Shown: positions 30,564-34,955 of the stretch, one piece after another
Layout: every line of letters starts with the position of its first letter
Numbering within the stretch: position 1 is the first letter of the stretch
From: Roseburia sp.
GTDB lineage: Bacteria; Bacillota; Clostridia; Lachnospirales; Lachnospiraceae
Length of the DNA: 34,955 nucleotides
Direction of reading: 5' to 3'
Assembly (NCBI GenBank): GCA_050873725.1
Contig: JBNMJI010000001.1
Location: 1-34,955, forward strand
Notes under the pieces: generated by a model
Seen by the model: the letters and a program-made list of their open reading frames with translations, nothing else
Databases searched by the model: none
What the model was told of the DNA's origin: nothing
Translations under genes and position numbers: made by a program

Positions 30564-33500
30564 ATTAAAAAGAAGAAAAATATTTTAGGTATTATACTGG
30601 TTCCGATTCTGATGGCTGTATTAATCCAGGGAACAGTGCCATTTCTGGTGCTGCTGGGAAGTGGATTAAGGTCGACGCTGGAGGAAAGCACCATCAGCAC
30701 GGACAGTCATACAGTGGACAACCGGAGAGTAGTTCTGGAAAATGAAATGGTAGAACGCTGGCGTTCTGTTTATAAAGAAAGTGATGGATTATCTGCAAAT
30801 TTGTCTGAGGTATTACAGGCGCATGATATCAATGTCTGGCAGTTTCTGGCTGATGAAGGTGCACAGCAGGAATATCTGCAGCAGGTATTTCCGGGAATGA
30901 TTGACACTTTGCAGCATAATATGACGTCTGGAATTTTTCTGGTGCTGGCAAATGACCAGTCGCTGGAAGAAGGGGCAGAATATAATGGATTCTTTGTAAG
31001 AGATTCAGATCCACAGAATAAGATAGATTCCAATGCAGATTTACTGATGGAAAAAGGTGATAAGCAGCTTTCCCAGATGCAGTCCATTTCACTGGACAAT
31101 GCATGGTCTACAAAATTCTCTCTGGAGGGAGAAGGCAAACGGGATGCGGATGATTTTTTCTATCAGCCATATATGGCAGCTTTGGCACACAAAAATACGG
31201 ACATGGTGAATCTGGGATACTGGGCGAAACCATTTATTCTGGAAGATAGTTACATGGATAACCATCAGATGATTACATATTCCGTACCGCTGGTATATGA
31301 AGGAACGGTTTATGGAGTAGTAGGAATTGAGATTGCTGTCAGTTATCTGAATAGTTATTTTGAAGTCAAGGATCTCGATAATGAGTTAAATGCCGGATAT
31401 GCCCTGATGATAGACAGAGGGGAAAACAGGTATGAAGCAATTACGGGAAAAGGAGTGCTGTATGATGCAGTGTCCAGTGGAAAGGAGAATCTGGAGTTAG
31501 AAAAAACTTCAGATTTGGAACTTTACCGGGTTGCGGATGCCAATATCGGGGAGCAGAAGATCTATGCAATTATAAAACCACTTTCCCTATATGGAAATAA
31601 TGTTCCATATGAAGATACAGACTGGATGCTTTGCGGTTTTGTGACGGAAGATTCCATTTATGGACTGGGAAATACGGTATACAGCAGAATTCTGGCTGCA
31701 GTGGTAATTGGAACGGTATGTACACTTATTATTATTCTGATACTTGTCCGTTATATTACGAAGCCAATTTACCGGCTGGTGGAAAGCGTACGTGGCGGAG
31801 TAGAAGGAATACATAATTTTAAGACATCCAATATTCTTGAAATAGACGAATTACATGATGTGGTGGAAAATCTGACTGTCGTAGAGATGCAGACGGAAGA
31901 GCAGCTGATTGAAGAAAAAGAGCGATACCGGGTAGCGGTAGAAAGTTCACAGGATATGTTTTTTACCTTCCGCAGAAAAGAGCGTGTCTTAGAAATCGTT
32001 AACAGCAGTAACGGCTCTGATGGTAACTGGGATTGTAAACAGCATCCGGAATTTATTGAAAATGAATGCATCCATCCGGAAGACAGAGAACATGTATATC
32101 AGGTATTAGAGCATTCCGGTAATAAGCTGGATGTGGATTTCAGACTTCGGAACAATGCGGAAGAGGAATATCAGTGGGTAAATATGACTGGACGTATTCT
32201 TTCCGATGAGAGTGGAGATTCAAGCCGCATCGTAGGCTGTGTCCATAATATTAACCAACGGAAATTGTTAGAGGAAGCACAACAAAAGGAACAGTACTAT
32301 GACAATCTGACCGGATTCTACCGTAGTTCCTATGGTATGGAGGCTGTGCAGTCGGCTAAGGCATCGGTAAGACACAGTGTGATTATTCTTTTAGATATAG
32401 AGAAGTTCACATATGTGAACGAACATTATGGACTTGTTTTCGGAGATCTTATTCTTCAGCAGTTAGCAGAACAGATTCAAAAGGTATGTGAGGAGTCCAG
32501 GTTAAAGAATATAATCTATACCAGAGTGGGTGCAGATCAGATGATGGTATGGATTCCGGAGATAAAGGTCCTGCGGGCGGAAAATATGGCAGCAGAGATG
32601 AGGCAACGTTTTGCGGCACTTACAGATGAAAAATATCTGGCATTAAATATCCGGTGTGGTATTGCAGAAGTAGAGCGGGAGCTTATCTTAAGCAAGGGAA
32701 TCCATCATGCAAAAATTGCACTGGAAGCAGCAAAAACAGGAAATACAGATACTGTTATCTATGAGAAAATGTCTCAGATAGAAAAGGAAATTCCGGTAAA
32801 AGAGGAATTTGAAGTGATTGATTCCATGGAGCGTCTGAAGGATGTCAGCATGTTATCCATTGCGTTGAACATTTTTGACCAGGGAAGAGAAATCGAAGTT
32901 GTGCTTGATATCTTTGCTGCGAAAATGCAGGAACAGTTTGCCTTTGAAAATCTTCTGGTAACTTATTTTTCATCGGAATATCTGGCAAATAGCCTGAGTT
33001 ATCAGTGGAAAAAGAATGAGGCAGGGCCTGAATGGAATGGAATCCTGCGCTGCACAGAAAAAGAAGCTTTACAGTTCACAGAACAGCGTCTGATGCAGGA
33101 AGTGAAGCCGATAACGGATGAGGTACGAAAAGGCCCGATGGTGGGACGGTTTGTTGGAACCCAAGAGGGCGTTATGTTCCATATGTGCGACAACGGACAG
33201 TATTCCGGAAGTATTCTGATTCTTGGAATGAATCCGGAAATTTTAAAGAATGAATCAGATAAGAAATGTCTGGATGAAATCTGTTCTATTATTCAGAACA
33301 AGTTAAATCTTCGGAGACACGATTTGTCAGCTCAGGCAAAATCAGATTTCCTTGCCCGTATGTCTCATGAGATAAGGACTCCGATGAATGGTATTATCGG
33401 TATGACGGAAATTGCACTGAAGGATGGACAGAGCGAGGAAAGAAGAGTTGACTGCCTGAAGAAGATAAAAGGAGCATCCGGTTATCTCTTAGGACTATTA

Positions 33501-34451
33501 AATGATATCCTGGATATGTCTAAGATTGAAAGCGGAAAGATGCGTCTGGTTTATGATAAATGTAATTTATCCCGACTGATAGATGGAGTCAGAACTTTGA
33601 TGGAACCGCGGATTGCTGAGAAAAATATGACATTCACCATGGATGTCCGGCTGCAGCATGAATGGTTCCTGTGTGATGAACTTCGAATCAACCAGATACT
33701 GGTAAATCTTTTAAGTAATGCCATTAAATATTCAGAGGAAAATGGTCATGTCTGGCTTACGGTTGTTGAACAGCAGAGAGGCACAGATACTTTCGTGTAT
33801 TTCGAGGTAAAGGATGATGGAATCGGTATTGCGAAGGATAAGCAGGAGCTGATATTCCAGCAGTTTGAGCAGATTGACAACTCCAAGAAGGCCAGAAAAC
33901 AGGGAACCGGACTGGGACTTTCTATCTGCAGCCGTCTGGTTCGTATGATGGATTCAGAAATTGAGCTGGAAAGCGATTTGGGAAAAGGAAGTACTTTCAG
34001 TTTTACCTTAAAGCTTCAGCCGGAGAATGGAGCGGAGGATGAGGCACAGCAGGAAGTTGAAAAAATAAATCTTTCCGGGAAGAGAGTTCTTGTGGTAGAA
34101 GATAATCCACTGAACATGGAGACTATCCATACTCTTTTAGCTGACTATGGAATTCTGGTAGAGGAAGCTTATGATGGAGAAGAAGCAGTACAGCGAATGG
34201 AAGAGACAGAGCCGGAGTACTATGATTTGATTCTGATGGATATCCAGATGCCGAAAATGGATGGACTGGAGGCGACGAAGACGATTCGACGGCTGCCAAG
34301 AGCGGATTGTAAGAGTATTCCGATTATTGCCATGAGTGCCAATGCTTTTGATGAGGATGTGCAGCGTTCCCTTGCCAGCGGCATGAACGGACATCTCTCC
34401 AAGCCGGTGAACATCAAGAAATTAGAAGAAATGTTGTCACAAATTCGTTAG
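30564..34451 (+). CDS. Hybrid sensor histidine kinase (TM-Cache-like-TM-HAMP-PAS-degenerate GGDEF-HisKA-HATPase-REC)
   Basis: FLARMSHEIRTPMNG, NLLSNAIKY, DDGIGI, GTGLGL, VLVVED, LMDIQMP, KP. Start uncertain: ATT 30564 or ATG 30612. Confidence 0.92.
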   Translation: MKKKKNILGIILVPILMAVLIQGTVPFLVLLGSGLRSTLEESTISTDSHTVDNRRVVLENEMVERWRSVYKESDGLSANLSEVLQAHDINVWQFLADEGAQQEYLQQVFPGMIDTLQHNMTSGIFLVLANDQSLEEGAEYNGFFVRDSDPQNKIDSNADLLMEKGDKQLSQMQSISLDNAWSTKFSLEGEGKRDADDFFYQPYMAALAHKNTDMVNLGYWAKPFILEDSYMDNHQMITYSVPLVYEGTVYGVVGIEIAVSYLNSYFEVKDLDNELNAGYALMIDRGENRYEAITGKGVLYDAVSSGKENLELEKTSDLELYRVADANIGEQKIYAIIKPLSLYGNNVPYEDTDWMLCGFVTEDSIYGLGNTVYSRILAAVVIGTVCTLIIILILVRYITKPIYRLVESVRGGVEGIHNFKTSNILEIDELHDVVENLTVVEMQTEEQLIEEKERYRVAVESSQDMFFTFRRKERVLEIVNSSNGSDGNWDCKQHPEFIENECIHPEDREHVYQVLEHSGNKLDVDFRLRNNAEEEYQWVNMTGRILSDESGDSSRIVGCVHNINQRKLLEEAQQKEQYYDNLTGFYRSSYGMEAVQSAKASVRHSVIILLDIEKFTYVNEHYGLVFGDLILQQLAEQIQKVCEESRLKNIIYTRVGADQMMVWIPEIKVLRAENMAAEMRQRFAALTDEKYLALNIRCGIAEVERELILSKGIHHAKIALEAAKTGNTDTVIYEKMSQIEKEIPVKEEFEVIDSMERLKDVSMLSIALNIFDQGREIEVVLDIFAAKMQEQFAFENLLVTYFSSEYLANSLSYQWKKNEAGPEWNGILRCTEKEALQFTEQRLMQEVKPITDEVRKGPMVGRFVGTQEGVMFHMCDNGQYSGSILILGMNPEILKNESDKKCLDEICSIIQNKLNLRRHDLSAQAKSDFLARMSHEIRTPMNGIIGMTEIALKDGQSEERRVDCLKKIKGASGYLLGLLNDILDMSKIESGKMRLVYDKCNLSRLIDGVRTLMEPRIAEKNMTFTMDVRLQHEWFLCDELRINQILVNLLSNAIKYSEENGHVWLTVVEQQRGTDTFVYFEVKDDGIGIAKDKQELIFQQFEQIDNSKKARKQGTGLGLSICSRLVRMMDSEIELESDLGKGSTFSFTLKLQPENGAEDEAQQEVEKINLSGKRVLVVEDNPLNMETIHTLLADYGILVEEAYDGEEAVQRMEETEPEYYDLILMDIQMPKMDGLEATKTIRRLPRADCKSIPIIAMSANAFDEDVQRSLASGMNGHLSKPVNIKKLEEMLSQIR

Positions 34452-34509
34452 CAACTACAAGAAACACGTTTTGCGAGCTATCGCATAAACCCAAATTGCA
34501 GGAAGGACT

Positions 34510-34955
34510 TTAAAGAAGTTCCTCCCTGCAATTTTTTAATTTGTCATAAGTGGCAAGAATATCTATATTTCCTTTTTCTAGTTGTTTCTTGATAATCTCA
34601 ATATAGATGACGCCTTTGTTTATTAATTTTTCATCGCCGCTGTTGATGCAGGATTCCAGATAAGCAGAGAGTGGATTCTGCGTCTCACAGTTGGCAGCCA
34701 GCTCAGCCAGGATTTCCCTGCTGGTGGATAATTCCACCAGATTAATCGGTTCAGTCTGGATAATAAATCCGCCGGACAATTCCTCGGAATAGAAGGTATC
34801 GTCTTCTTTGGCAGTATGAATAAACGGAAGCAGGCTGGATTTGCGCAGGGTGCTGACCTGATGCAGATTGGCAAGCTCTCTTATCATGCGGTAGAGAATG
34901 AAACCGGCGGCAATTCCATAGAGAATGAGAAAATACATCTCACTGGTGAGCACCG
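34510..34955 (-). CDS. Hypothetical membrane protein, probably 5'-truncated by the window edge
   Basis: Frame is open to the window end with one TM segment; no recognised motif. Confidence 0.55.
   Translation of the reverse strand, partial: VLTSEMYFLILYGIAAGFILYRMIRELANLHQVSTLRKSSLLPFIHTAKEDDTFYSEELSGGFIIQTEPINLVELSTSREILAELAANCETQNPLSAYLESCINSGDEKLINKGVIYIEIIKKQLEKGNIDILATYDKLKNCREELL

Overview
Firmicute chromosomal window, probably Lachnospiraceae/Roseburia-like (inferred from gene content and composition). Gene order: a complete IS110-family element that appears inserted into the Shine-Dalgarno of a chemoreceptor (MCP) gene; amidase; galM; sua5-ywlE-like-upp; dCMP deaminase; a full F1Fo ATP synthase operon whose c subunit has the Na+-binding motif; P-type ATPase; Lrp regulator; aspA; diguanylate cyclase; DUF362 Fe-S protein; 5'-nucleotidase; a degenerate PurM paralog; an amber-split gene; and a solute-binding protein plus hybrid kinase. 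The main unexplained signal is non-coding. Four intergenic elements (about 8145-8369, 9445-9897, 20190-20575, 24729-25118), in both orientations, are each a long imperfect hairpin with locus-unique arms. All four share a 69-bp covarying three-way-junction core carrying two ANGGA loops (CsrA-site-like), plus a fixed-register TYAG-N5-CTTG double-mismatch motif in the stem. All coordinates and alignments were read by eye.
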